From: Rhizophagus irregularis
Lineage: Eukaryota
DNA length: 64,000 nucleotides
Assembly: GCF_026210795.1 (NCBI RefSeq)
Contig: NC_089432.1
Span: 5,208,001 to 5,272,000 of the forward strand
Reading direction: 5' to 3'
This document shows, in pieces, positions 1 through 12,470 of this stretch; position 1 is the stretch's first letter; each line of letters opens with the position of its first letter. The notes beneath the pieces were generated by a model. The model was not told the origin of the DNA. It was given only the letters and a program-made list of their open reading frames with translations, and did no database searches. The position numbers and the translations under genes are program-made.

Positions 1-470
1 ATAATCCAACTTATCCAATATTTTAATCTTTATTTTTAAAAAAAATTGAGAAAGTATTAATATTTTACCTAATAAAAATTTTGTGGAGCGTATAAATTAA
101 ATTTTTACAAAATAAATAAATTTTAAAAGTATACCATTTTCTTTTTTTTTTTGTTTATTAAAATGAATGAAACCCTGTAGTGAAACCTATTCAGTGTGAT
201 GTTAAATATTGCACTTATTTAATTTATCAATTTATTTACGTCTATCATTCACATGTTTTTGCATATCATATTATCATTTTTTTTTCGTTATCATTTCTTT
301 AATAAAATAAATGTCATATGTGCAATAAGTAAAGTTGATCATCTAGTTCTACTCTAAAAATTCTAAAAAGGATTTATTAAATAAAGATTTTAAATAGGAA
401 GTGCAACATAAATATTGTAGCGATCGATTGATCACGTGACCAAAATTCAACTTAATCACGAGATGACGAT

Positions 471-550
471 CAATGTTTCGAATGTTTCGAATGTTTCAAA
501 TGTTTGATGTGTTAAATATGTCAAACATGTCCAATATGTCAAACATAGTA
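471..550. repeat. Short 9-10 bp tandem repeats (AATGTTTCG x3-4, then ATGTCAAAC/ATGTCCAAT x3-4), roughly in foldback arrangement
   Basis: Seen directly; the second block approximates the reverse complement of the first. Confidence 0.5.
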
Positions 551-1299
551 AATATGTATTATATATTAGATATAATTAATTAGAGTAAAATAATTATAAA
601 TAGTGAAGCATTTGTAGCAGAACGAAAGTATTAAAGTTCAATGGAGTTTTCTAATAAAAAAGTGATTTTTGTTTAATTCTTTATTCGTGTTGGGAGTATA
701 ATTATGCCGACGTAAAGTGCTATACCACACGTCTGATTGGATTGTTTATTAAGTATTTTTACATATAGTTTATTTATTGATTGTACACACATATCTAAAT
801 ACCTTCTGCTTACCCTTCTCCTTTTGTTTACGTTTGTAAACGATAAAGAAGTAAAGAACTGGCTTAACAATATTGTTTATCGTGTCATTGTGTAATTTGC
901 CGATCATTTGTTGATCATTATCAAATTTAACCCTCATATCAAATAATTCGATTATAGATTTTTTTGTACCGAAATGTTGATCATATCCTGGAATGCATTA
1001 GATCATTGACAATCATTTGTTAAAATGAAAATTTATGGATTAGATTTTGCATTTAATCTAACCACAAATTTGGATGAAAAAGTCTCAACTAATTTTATAT
1101 AATGTTAGTTAGTATTGCGAAGCTAACGTTTTTTGCCATTTTTGTTTTACCCTTTTCTCTTTTTTATTTTTGATCTACCTTTTTTTCTTTCATAAAAATA
1201 TATAATTAATAATTTAATTTTTTATTAATAATCTATATAATTAATATAAATTAATTTGAATTGGCTGATTCGTATTTTTTATGGTTAAGACCCGATTGA

Positions 1300-2230
1300 T
1301 TGGCAAGTCATGTTGCACATTTAATTAATCGGAATTTTTTTTTTCAAATATTTATTTTTTTTTTCAATTTCTTTGGTTTTTTCTTTTTTTCAAATTTTGT
1401 CATTTCTCTTTCGAAACACCTTTTCTTTTCCTTTTTTTTTCTTTTTTTAAAAATTTTTCGTTTTTTTTTCTCTTTTTGTTTTTTTTTTATTTTTTCTTGG
1501 TTTTTTTTCCAAAACCGAAAAATTATTATTATTTTTTTTTATTAAATAACTTGTATTATTTTTTTTGATCTTTCATTATTTTTCCCCAATTTTTTTTTCT
1601 TTTTCTTTTCAAGTTTTTTTTTTTTCTTTCCTTTTCCTTTTCGGTTCCCAATTTTTCTTTTTGCCCCTCCTCACAATTTTTTTTTTCAGTTTTTTCGAAT
1701 TCTTTAAACCTTTTTCTTTTTTCAGGTTGGCTTTGGCTTTTTTTCTAATCTGAAAAAATTTTTTCACCTTTCTTTTTTCGGGTTGGCATTTTTTTTTAAA
1801 CCGAATTTTTCACCATTAGGTTTGGATCGGGTGATCAGATCGGTGCTGCAGGCAACAGTAAGCACCTTTTTTTTGTTTCTTTTTTCTTAGCTGTTAGGAT
1901 TTTTTTTTTACTAATACTTTTTACCCTTAATGTTTTTTTTTTATTAACGAAAACTTTATTAGTACTGAACCAATTACATTGTAATCAAACCCATATTCAC
2001 CATATATACATATAGTATGTCAACAAAGTTCTATTAAATTTATACTAAATAAGATCTAGCTAATATGAAACTTGTAATTACTAAAATTATTTTATATAAA
2101 TTTCATTTCCAGTCCTATTCCGAACTTTAAAAAAAAATTTTTTCAACCCATTTTTTTTTATTTGTTTTTTTTAAACAAATTTTTTTTGTTCTTTCAAGTA
2201 ATATAATCAAATAAATGATTTTTTTTATTT
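1300..2230. repeat. T-rich low-complexity tract, probably an internal remnant of a non-autonomous element
   Basis: Long T runs; the Phe-rich ORFs here are compositional artefacts. Confidence 0.5.
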
Positions 2231-2449
2231 GAAAAAACATGTTTTGCATGATTTTTTAGTTAGGATAAATAAATATTTTTATTTAGTAAAAATAAAATTA
2301 GTTAAATTGAAAATTAATAAATTATAATGTTTAAATTACAAAATGATTAGTATAATATTTTTTTAATATTGTTTATTTTTTTTATTAATAAAAAGTTATA
2401 TATTTAGTTTCCTCTTTTAAATAGTTCTTACTACAACGAAATAAAATCA

Positions 2450-2749
2450 AATGGCAGCTCCCCTGCTAATAAGTCAATTTCTTGTTAATTTACTAAATTT
2501 TTAATAAAAAATCTTTTAGGATAATGTAGTGTAAACCCACGCATAATCACTATCGCAAAAGCTTTGATTACAATGCTATATGTTATTATAATTGATGATA
2601 TACTGTAAATATTGAATGTTTAAATCTTTAATGTTGCAACGAAAAAAAAGTACTTTCTTTTATTTTACATTTTTAAATATAGCAAGTGATTAACTACAAT
2701 ATAAAATTAATAGTGTTATGCAATATCAGTGCAATTAATTATAAACTAG
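2450..2749 (-). ncRNA. Conserved 3' block downstream of the orphan ORF (dispersed motif family, copy B)
   Basis: Motifs read on +: TGGCA..CCC..GCTA (2452), ATACTGTAA-N5-GAATGTTT (2600-2621), AACGAAAAAA (2638), collinear with 33902-34242; TATAGCAAG..TTA..AC (2678-2697) matches the reverse complement of 4376-4395. Confidence 0.5.
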
Positions 2750-3694
2750 TTAATAGCGAAACAAACCTATTTTCCTATTTTTCTTTTGATACTTTTTCTT
2801 ATAATATTTATCCTTTTTCCTACGTCCTTTTTTATTATATTTTGCAAGAATTTTAGCATAAACTTGTTGTGCTAAAAGGTACACTCTTTCCTTAACATAA
2901 TTTTCTCGTTTTTCTATAATTGTTTGTTCTTTTATATCAACAAACTTATCATGTAAAATTGAGAAATTTTTAATTTGTTTATCAATATCTGCAAGAGGTA
3001 CCCTATTGCCTATCATATTATTTATAAAAACAAATCTATTACATTGAGCTAAAAAATTATCAAATTGATCATTAATATTTTCAAAAAGTCTTGGAGGTTC
3101 ATATTTTGATTCAATAAGTATATAATTAGAAATTTCCAAATATTTGTTTTTAATACCATTACTTTTAGGAAACTTATGATCTGGTTCAGAAATAATCTGA
3201 CAAGAACCATTTACTTGTCGATTATTAAAGGATAATTTATCAGGAATTTCATAATTTATAAAATCATTAGTTAAACTTTCATGATTTTTAGAACCACTTG
3301 CAGGAGTTTCAGAGTTTAAAGGACTATTAGCGTGAGTTTCATATTTTATAGATACACCGCAATTATTGCCAGTAGGAGTTCTTAGAAAATTTTCAGGAGG
3401 TTTAAATTTTCTAAAACCGCTGACTTGATCTTGTTTTCTCGAACTAGTGCTTCCATTTTGTTCTTGATTATCATAGGAAAATTTATCTTCATCAATACTG
3501 ACAAGATTTTCATATTTTCTAGTATACTCTTTTAAAAAGTTGGAAAGTCCATTAAATTGGTGGTTCATTTTTTTTTCTACGTATTGAGTCGTCAAAAAGT
3601 CGATGTATATATTTGATATCATGTTGTACAATAAATTATTTACGCTGATTACGCCAATTACGTGATTAGTCTGATTTCGGTGATTATTACTCAT
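2750..3694 (-). CDS. Intronless orphan protein (314 aa; true start may be the downstream MNHQF), basic C-terminus
   Basis: 945-bp open frame in very AT-rich DNA; no recognisable domain; followed by a 3' block sharing motifs with other loci in the window. Confidence 0.6.
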   Translation of the reverse strand: MSNNHRNQTNHVIGVISVNNLLYNMISNIYIDFLTTQYVEKKMNHQFNGLSNFLKEYTRKYENLVSIDEDKFSYDNQEQNGSTSSRKQDQVSGFRKFKPPENFLRTPTGNNCGVSIKYETHANSPLNSETPASGSKNHESLTNDFINYEIPDKLSFNNRQVNGSCQIISEPDHKFPKSNGIKNKYLEISNYILIESKYEPPRLFENINDQFDNFLAQCNRFVFINNMIGNRVPLADIDKQIKNFSILHDKFVDIKEQTIIEKRENYVKERVYLLAQQVYAKILAKYNKKGRRKKDKYYKKKYQKKNRKIGLFRY

Positions 3695-4350
3695 TACTTA
3701 TTGATTGCTAGTCCCGTGATGTAACAATTATGTGATTTAATATGTAATTTGATTATAGGAACGCGAAGTATATTTTTTTTTCGTTCTGCCTGTCTAAATT
3801 ATTAATATAAAACTGAAGCAATAAATTATCAACGTTAACCTTTTCTTCACGACACAAATAAAGGTTATAATTATCGGAAAATTTGGACACTTACCATAAA
3901 GGTTAAAATAAAATAAAATATACAAATCGCGTCTCATACAAACAAACCAGATTTACTTTAAGCGGACCTTGATATTATGCACATGCGCAAAATTTTATGC
4001 ATGATCATATGATCAATAATCATGAGCCAGTCATTTCTTCATGACGCGATTTTTGATTTTTTTATACTCTGACTATAGCAAACTCCGTGGAAAAAAAAAC
4101 TTTTGCATGACATTTTAAATTTATATAAGATGCCTCTCCATCCGAAAATTTTTTTTAAAAAAAATTCCATCCTTCTCTTCTCCCTCTTTCCAGTATTACA
4201 CCCATAGTAACCTATCTTTTTATTTCTACATCGTAGTTTTCTTATCCTTTTGGCGTTTCAAACACTACGCAAAGCCACGAAAGATATTTTTCAAAGTTTC
4301 TCTCTTAAAAATTATTTTATTTTTATTTAACTTTATTTTGTTTATATATA

Positions 4351-4790
4351 AGATACCTCACTCACACACTTTAGTGTGGTATAAGCCTTGCTATAAGTAA
4401 ACTCGTTCTTAGTATGATGTATGGGTGGAAGTAAAAGGAGGTAAGAGACCTGTTCCTTACTGTTAACACACGCGTCATCTCAGGATACCGAATCATTATA
4501 ATTTAATGGTTAAATTATAATGAGGGTGCCGCAAAATCTTCTCTTACACGGCAGGACCATGATAAGGATCCTCATACGCATACTTTATTGGAGGTTGGAG
4601 GAAAGTATGTTAAGTGGGGGTGGTTGTATCTGATTGGCGGTCCCTAATAAGGGTGACGTTAAATTCCTTAATTCCTATTCATTTTCTTGATAAACTATTT
4701 TATGAATTTCCTTTTGCTAATTAATCGTTACAGTGATCCGTGTTACTCATACATCGGTGCTCTTTAATTTTATAGGTATTCTCAGTCAAT
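4351..4790 (+). ncRNA. Candidate large structured non-coding RNA (copy A)
   Basis: Nested helices: 4416-28/4743-55, 4430-40/4708-18, 4441-48/4540-47, 4493-4506/4510-23, 4569-75/4614-20, 4578-86/4602-10, 4554-58/4639-43. Their non-Watson-Crick pairs are G-U on the + strand. No ORF. Confidence 0.6.
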
Positions 4791-5199
4791 TTCAGATCAA
4801 TAATATGATTGATAAGTCAATAATTTTATTATATTTTAATTTTATTTATTGTTTCTGAAAGCACACAGTTTCAGCATTTTTAGCAAAAGATGTACAGTAT
4901 ATTAATAAAATTGCTAGAGAAAATTTGCTTTGTTCAAGATTCTAAATAAATATACAAAAATAATTTGATAAGTATACTTGATATAATCACTTGAATTTTT
5001 ATATAAATAAATTAAATCGTATAGTCCAAATTATAAATAATTTCTACTATGTTATGAATATAACTCAATATTTTGAGTAATAATTTCATTCTAAAACTAA
5101 AATCAGATAAACTTAGTAAAATGTAAAATTAAACAATTAAATCGAAAAATATTTTATACAGTTAAATTATATTTGGTCGTACTGTACCATTTCCAACAC

Positions 5200-5935
5200 A
5201 AATACATTATCACGAGTATATAGTAAATTAGTACTGTACGGTAATACAAATTAGTACGGACGTTCAAAAAAAAAATTTTAATTTTTCCGTACTCAGACGG
5301 ACCTTTAAAAATAAATTTGATTTTTTCGTACTAATATTTTACATTGTAACATCATGTGATCAAATTTTTGAGATGAATATGTTGTACACAATATTTGAGT
5401 AATATAATAATTGTGTAATGATCAATCTGATTAATTTATGAATTTATATAATGATTTTAACGTTCTATCATCGTAAATATCTCTTTTAATTTTTTACTTC
5501 TTTGCCACATAATACCAAAAATTATATTTTGTAAATGCTAAATATGGTTGTCTAATTTATATATAAAAATATGATAAAGAATTGAAAAAATTAATTATAA
5601 ATAAACTAATAAAATTTAATTATTATTTTAATGGCCAGTTTTATTATTATGGAGCTGAATATATTAAAGGAATGAAAATTTATTAGCTTATCTTCAAAGA
5701 ATTTTTTTAATTTTATAATTTAACATTTAATTTTATAAGATATTTTGTTAAAAACAATATGTCAAAGTTGCACAAAAATACAAAAATGCAAAGTCGTACG
5801 ATTGTACGAAAACTTAAATTAGTACGAAAATTTTAAAACTTTCGTACGTACTAGTACAAAAAAATTGATTAGCTGTAAATGTACGTACGAACAAAAAAAA
5901 CACACGTACGTACCAAGTTGCGTTAGCGTACAGTC
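5200..5935. mobile_element. Degenerate MITE-like element with GTACG subterminal motif clusters
   Basis: GTACG/CGTAC clusters at 5178-5330 and 5793-5930 around an AT core; TIR and TSD not resolved. Confidence 0.3.
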
Positions 5936-7228
5936 ATATTTTACTCAATACCTCATTATCACTCAAGTACTTTCTGGATCAAATCGTCCCCATCAAGTTG
6001 ATCGTTCTAATAAATATGATGTTTTTATGAAAAGAACACTTTTTTTTGCATTAAAACCTTTTTTTTTAAAAAAAAAAAGTATGAATATTTCTCTTTTTTT
6101 TAAATATGGTAAAAAAAGGGTCTTTACATAGTATAAAAAATTTCACTAATTTTTCGCATGTAAAATAATCTTGTTTCTCTTATTAGGTGTATAATGACCG
6201 ACACAACCAAAGTTTCCTAGGGATACAGACATTTGAAACTTTATGGTTATTAATATAGGAAATATAGGCGTTATCTGTCTCGAATGAGTCTAAAGCCTGT
6301 AGGTTGCTCAATACTTTATATGTGTCTTTTTAACAAAATATTTAATAAATTAATAAATATATCATGTACTGTACATAATATGTAACAATCTCTTAACAAG
6401 ATGATCATTGAGAACGGAAATCTTGATTTTTAATTTAATAATGTTAATTTTAATTTTATTTCTATTTTTATTTTACATTAATTAAGTATTAAGCTTAGTC
6501 CCGGGCCCCAAAGTAGAAATTCTGGAATTGTAGTTGTAGAAGCTCTTGCTTGATAGATTAATAACCTAATATAAATTAAATAAAAAAGATTAACATACAA
6601 ATAAATATCTTAAAAATTTATAAATTATTTTTATCAAAATTACTTTTTTACCAGATTTGCATGCCACAAACAAGTTTTTTTGAAGGCTGTTGTAAGGAAA
6701 GGTACCATAATTGAAACCTCATTCGGAATCAATAGACCTTATATCAAGTCCAACAAGAAAGGCTTGAAGTAACAAGAAATACTGGTAAAATAACTATAAT
6801 ACATTTCTAACTACTGTGCTCGGAGACGTATTCGTGTAAACTTTACTGATACTCTTTCAAGTAATTGTCGGCAATACGATCCTTATCTCCAGAACCTTAC
6901 ATAATAAAATAAATAAAAAACTTTTCTGTAACAATAATAAAATAAATGTATTTAAAAATTACAAAATACTTAGCTTATGAATGATATTTTCTTATTAAAC
7001 AATTATACAGGTTTCATAAAAGAGATTTTCATAAAAGAGAGAGTGAAGAAAAATTTTCGCGTATTAATCGTGAGAAAAAAAATTTATCCACATGATTCAC
7101 ATGACTATCAATATTGACTATTACCTTGTTATAATTGTTTATATAATCAGCTAGGCACAAAAATATGAGTACCGTAAATCACAGTTCACGAAATATATAT
7201 ATATATTTTTTTTCTGATATATATAAAC

Positions 7229-8080
7229 TAGTGCTCCGCAAAATTCGGGTCTAACCCGGATAATTCAATCCGAGTAAATTTTAAATCGGGTCGGTACTAA
7301 CAATTTTAATAACCCGTGACCCGCATGACCCGACCCGTCAGGTCGGGTCATTCATTTCCTTGACTCGAGTTTTGACCCGAATTAGACCCGGATGATCATT
7401 AAAATCACTGATCACATATCGATTACGCATTAATATTGATTACGTTATATAATTTTGTTAGATAAATGTATGAGGTAGTATATCCTCACTTAGCGAAAAT
7501 TGCTAGAGACACCTCGCAATTTTGGGTATGTGTATGAATTATTATTTTAATTATTAACATTACATTAACTAATAAGTTGATTTTGATGATTAATAAAGCA
7601 ACCAGCATTCCAATAGTTTCCAGTTGAACCGATTTGATAGCTGCAATCTTAAAGCAGATAGAATTAGAGCATGCATGTGTTTAAAGTCCTGGCAGATATA
7701 AAGTATAGTCAAATTTCTGTTAAAGCAAGTGATATAATTTCGATTTTATAGTTCAAATATAAAGCAATAAATAAACAGGAAATTGAAGATATCTTTAAAT
7801 TCGTGCTTAGCTTTAGTTTTAATAACAAAAAGTTGTGTAACCTATATGATCATCTTGTAGATCAATTACCTTGAGTTATTGAAAAAATTATATTTGAAAA
7901 AATATTTTTGATATATTACTAAGCATACAGTATATTATCCAATGAAAATTTCGGGTCTAACCCGGGTTATTCGAATTAAATATACTCGGGTCGGGTTAAA
8001 ATCGGATCATTTCTATTTTTGCCGGGTCGAGTCGGATATATTCTCCAAACCCGACCGAATCCGACCCGGTAGGAGCACTA
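7229..8080 (+). mobile_element. Non-autonomous hAT element with remnant of the transposase dimerisation domain
   Basis: TIR TAGTGCTCC/GGAGCACTA; 8-bp TSD ATATAAAC (7221-7228, 8081-8088); CCCGA/TCGGG subterminal repeats; relic YPHLAKIARD-LAI (7481) and IRACMCLKSW (7663-7692). Confidence 0.92.
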
Positions 8081-8959
8081 ATATAAACTAAATATATATA
8101 ATATAGACGCAAGTTTATAAGTCATCTTTTTATTGCTTCAATTTGTCAACTTATTAATAAGAGCATTAAATAGCATTATTAAGTACCCAAGAATTATTAC
8201 TTATTTTGTCATTATGATTTATGAATAGTTAATCAAAAATGGCAAGTGATAAAGAAACACATTTTTGATTTCATTCAATCAAAAAAAAAACATGTACGAA
8301 AGAATTTAATTTTGACGTTCTTTTGAGAGTAAAGAATATAACAAGTTAGGAGTAAATGATTACAGGTATGTTCTAATATTGTATAAATAAACCATAGTTC
8401 AACTTTATAACACTTTTTTTTTATGATTTTAATCCTCAAAATAAATGTATAATTATTTTGTCATCACAGCAACCATTTTTTAACGAACTGATAAGAATTG
8501 AAATGTTTTAGAGTCCTAATATAATATTTTAGTCTTGCAAAACCTTTTTGTGAATTTCTATTTATAAACATTTATTTTAAATATTTTATATTATAGGTTA
8601 TCAGTATGGATTCTTTCCATTAAAGAAATCGAATTATGACAAAAATTCAAGATACAGTAGATGACCATATTTTTAATTCCAGTCAAATCTAGTTATTATC
8701 AATGAAGTCACATGCAGTTTAATATTTATCTTGCTTTGTTGAAGACTTTAAGAAAACTTTGATTTGAAGATTAGAGTTTTTTAGTTTCTTTATCAGATTA
8801 ATTACTAGGAAAACGGAAACCGTTGAGGGTCCGTCGTTTAAAGTGATAAAATGTCTAAAAATAAAGCGTTAAAAAAAATGTGATACAAAACATAAAAGGA
8901 AATAAGCAGGGGTTAAATTATAGTGACGTAGGTGGAAGGAAGGAAAAATACATGGGATA

Positions 8960-9185
8960 AACCGGTACTACAAATTTATCTAGTTCTGTACAATAAATAG
9001 TCATTTGCTACGCTCTTGACAATAACGTTTTCAATTCCTTTAGATACAGTATGTTTTCTTTCAACACAAGAAAAGTTATCACAGGAAGAGAGGAAGCGTT
9101 TGACATATAGGTTGGATAAAAAAAAAGAATGTTGTTATATCATATGACTGTTTTATATACTAGGAAGCAGCGAAAAAAGATAAAC
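8960..9185 (-). ncRNA. Conserved block of the dispersed motif family (copy C), no adjacent ORF
   Basis: Collinear blocks shared with 34014-34243: TCTGTAC, CTACGCT, AGAT-C-GTAT-TTT-CTTTCAAC-CAAG, GTT-TA-CATATGA, CGAAAAAAGA. Confidence 0.6.
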
Positions 9186-9339
9186 CTCGATTTTATTGGA
9201 TGACGTAACGTCGTCACATTAGGAGATAGGATGATCGATCATTTTTCATAATGTGTAGAGCTGTAGACATATATAATCTCCGGACAATAATTATGCTGAA
9301 ATGTGATTAAAAAATGAAGTAACAGGAAATATATTTTCT

Positions 9340-9575
9340 AGTAGTTAAATTAAAAAATTATATTCATTAAAAAAAATTAGTTTTTTTTGTGAACATTCCG
9401 CAAATCTGCAACTATTCTGCAATCCCGCAAATATTCTGCAATTGAATCGCGGTACTTTAGATATTTGTGGATTTGTGGAATATTTGTGAGATTGCGGATA
9501 ATTGCAAGTTGCGGTTCTGCAGATTTTAGATTTGCAAAAGTCCAAATTTTTACTTACGTAAAAGTTCAACTGGGA
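9340..9575. mobile_element. Degenerate small element with inverted CCGCAA/TTGCGG motif arrays
   Basis: CCGCAA/CTGCAA on the left, TTGCGG/TTGCAA on the right, ending CAACTGGG; left terminus not recognisable. Confidence 0.3.
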
Positions 9576-9807
9576 GTGTTTCTGTTTATTTTTATGTTTT
9601 TATAATAAATTTTTTTTATTAATACAAAAATATGTAATTTATAATTACACAAATGAATAATATTTAATTCTTTCATAAAAAAAACATATGCTACAAGCAA
9701 TCATAAAAATGTATAAATATTAAAATTTCTCTAAAAGTTAAAGGTTACAACGTCTTTATGCACACAAATATATTGTTATTTCTAATCATTATGACAAATA
9801 ATATTAT

Positions 9808-11217
9808 CTATATATCCTTTACGATATCTGGCCATGTAATTTCATGATTCCAAAAATCATCATCATAATAATTACATTCAATTATACCTTCTATTTTATA
9901 TTTTTTAATAAAATTATGCACTTCAACAAAACGATGATATAAATGCAAAGTTTTTTTACCTTTACAATTCCAATTATTAAAAAATAATTTTAAAGATTCT
10001 TTATTAAAATACCTAAATCGATCAATGTGAATTTTGTATAAAGGGAGTGGTGCCAATTCAATCAACAAATCCAGAAATTTATCACGATATTTTTCCAAAA
10101 TTAACTCATCTATATCTATTGCTACCAAGTATTGACACTTGATGAAAATATTCTTTAATTCTTCCAAAGTTTCATCTCTGTTTAAAAATACTGTTGCATA
10201 TTTTATATTTGGACAATATCTGTAGATTGTCTGATTATATTCTTTTGCTTGATCATAACTAGGAATTCTAATTTTAATTTTCCAAAGATTTCCATTGGTA
10301 TTTTGTATAATATTAATTACAATATAAAGTGATATTTTATATAACTCAAGTATTTGAAGTTTATAATAACTTGCATCCATTGCGTATTCCTCAAATTTTT
10401 TAATTGGTTCATAATTATTAATATTATCCCCATTACGTATTCTTATGAATTGTAAATTTGTTAATTTTGGAAAGAGAAAATATAAAAAAGATGTATACTT
10501 AGTTGATACCAAATAAATAATTGAATTTACATGTTTTTCTAAAGCCTGAGCAATCTTTTGGCATTCACAATATCCTTCTATATATAAGTATTTAATATGT
10601 TTTTGCATTTCAATTAATTCAACAATTCCAGAAAGATCATAATCATCAAGTTCTATATAAAGTTTTTCTATTGATCTACATATTTGTGCCAATTCATGAT
10701 AAAAATTTTGTTCTCTTATATTACAATATAATTCATATAAATTTGAAAGAGAAATATTTGCTCCTGGATATTGAAATATTGGATAATATATCATATTTAA
10801 ACTTAAACATTTTATAGAACATTCACTAATAAAAAGTTTATAAATTTCTTTCTTTAATATTGAATCATTTGGTAAAACCTTATGAATATCATTAAGATTT
10901 TTACAAAATTTAATATAATTAAATGAAAGTTTTTGCTTTTGAAAATTTGATTTGATGATATAATTATTTTTCAAAAGTTTAATTGAATTATCTGATAAAT
11001 GTGAAATGATAATATTAAAAAATAATTCTTTTTTACAAATATATTTATATGGAGAACTCCATAATATTGGTATCATAATTTCACACCAAAGTTTATTAAC
11101 TAATAAACAATAAAATAGAGATTTTCTATATTTTTTGTTATTGTTTAAATTCATATTAGTGAAATCAATTAGATCTTGAAAAATATAAAAAATGATGTCC
11201 CTATTTAATTTTGACAT
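9808..11217 (-). CDS. F-box domain / LRR-like protein (expanded Glomeromycotina family), 469 aa
   Basis: MSKLNRDIIFYIF...SLFYCLLVNKLWCEIMIPILWSSP F-box signature followed by LRR-like repeats; intact single exon. Confidence 0.9.
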   Translation of the reverse strand: MSKLNRDIIFYIFQDLIDFTNMNLNNNKKYRKSLFYCLLVNKLWCEIMIPILWSSPYKYICKKELFFNIIISHLSDNSIKLLKNNYIIKSNFQKQKLSFNYIKFCKNLNDIHKVLPNDSILKKEIYKLFISECSIKCLSLNMIYYPIFQYPGANISLSNLYELYCNIREQNFYHELAQICRSIEKLYIELDDYDLSGIVELIEMQKHIKYLYIEGYCECQKIAQALEKHVNSIIYLVSTKYTSFLYFLFPKLTNLQFIRIRNGDNINNYEPIKKFEEYAMDASYYKLQILELYKISLYIVINIIQNTNGNLWKIKIRIPSYDQAKEYNQTIYRYCPNIKYATVFLNRDETLEELKNIFIKCQYLVAIDIDELILEKYRDKFLDLLIELAPLPLYKIHIDRFRYFNKESLKLFFNNWNCKGKKTLHLYHRFVEVHNFIKKYKIEGIIECNYYDDDFWNHEITWPDIVKDI

Positions 11218-11599
11218 CTTTTTTTTTTTAGTAAAGAAAATTTACCAATAGTTGAATGCATGATTAATGTATTTTATATAAAAAACATAAAATGTAATGA
11301 ATCTAACACAACTGTAGACCAAATCTGAATATAAATGTAAAAACCAAATATAATGAAACTTGAAAAATTAGTCAAACTGATAAGAATGATCTAGCACAAA
11401 TAATAGTCTAATAATGGCGTATTAGATTATATATAATTAGTTTATATGAATGTGGAATTATCTATGGATAAAAATTACTCATGTGATATATAAATTGTCA
11501 TATCAGCAGTCATATAAAAAAAATTCACCTCAAAATGACCAACATAGTTTTTCGCACTGGATCACGTGCAAGTGCTAGCAAACCATTTATTTTATAATA

Positions 11600-12470
11600 T
11601 TCATTAAAAAAAAAAATAATTAATTTACAAATTTATTAAAATTGTAATAAATTTTCCAGTAAATTTTTATGAAAAGAAAAAAAGATCTCTAACGAAATTC
11701 TTTATTATTTCAAACCAAAATTCTCAATTCCCTCATTAAAAAAATTATTTTCAATAAAATTTTCTATTAAGACTTTCCAAACTAAATTCAAAAAAAGACT
11801 CACCTATAAAAAACTTTTCAACTAACAAAATTATCAAAAAATATCTCCTATTAAAGAAATAATTTCTAACGAAAATCTTTCATCAAAAAAAAAAACAAAT
11901 TTCCTATATAAAAAAAAATTCAAAAAAAAATTTTTACCCATTAAAATAAATCTCAAAAGAATTTCCATATCAAAAAAACTTTCCTTCTATTAAAAAGAAA
12001 ATTCTTTACCGAAATTTTCTATCAAGTTAAAAAATTTACTAACGAAATGATCTATTCAAAAAATATTTTTACCCATTAAAAAAAATTCTCAAAGAAATTC
12101 TTTAAAGAAATTATCTACCAAGAAAAAAAATACCTCTATTAAAAAAGAAATTCCTCTATTAATAAAAAAAATTTACTACCGAAATTTTTTATTAAAAAAA
12201 AAATTTTTCTATTAAAAAAAATGTTCCAAAGAAATCCTATCAAAAAAAAAGCTTTACCTATTAAAAAAAAATCTATCAAAAAATTTTATTTTATAATAAA
12301 AAATAGAAAAAAAATTCTCCACGAAAAATTTTCTATAAATAAAATTTAAAACAAAAAATTTTTAACTAAAAACCTGCTGACAATTTTCTGCCGCCGATCT
12401 GTCAGCAACTCAGTTCTGATTTGTCAACTCGGTGGCAGTCGGTGCTGATCTTTAATTCATGTCACGTAAT
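11600..12470. repeat. A-rich degenerate tandem repeat (AAAT(T/C)TCTATTAAAA-like units) ending in a GC-richer terminal block
   Basis: Many CTATTAAAA/CTATCAAAA units seen directly. Confidence 0.5.

Noticed and set aside
1300..1753. Phe-rich ORFs resembling membrane proteins
   Set aside because: Translation of T-rich low-complexity DNA
4351..4800. Identification as RNase P/MRP, SRP or telomerase RNA
   Set aside because: No CR-I/CR-V pair, SRP helix-8 motif or CTAACCCTAA template found by eye; left unassigned
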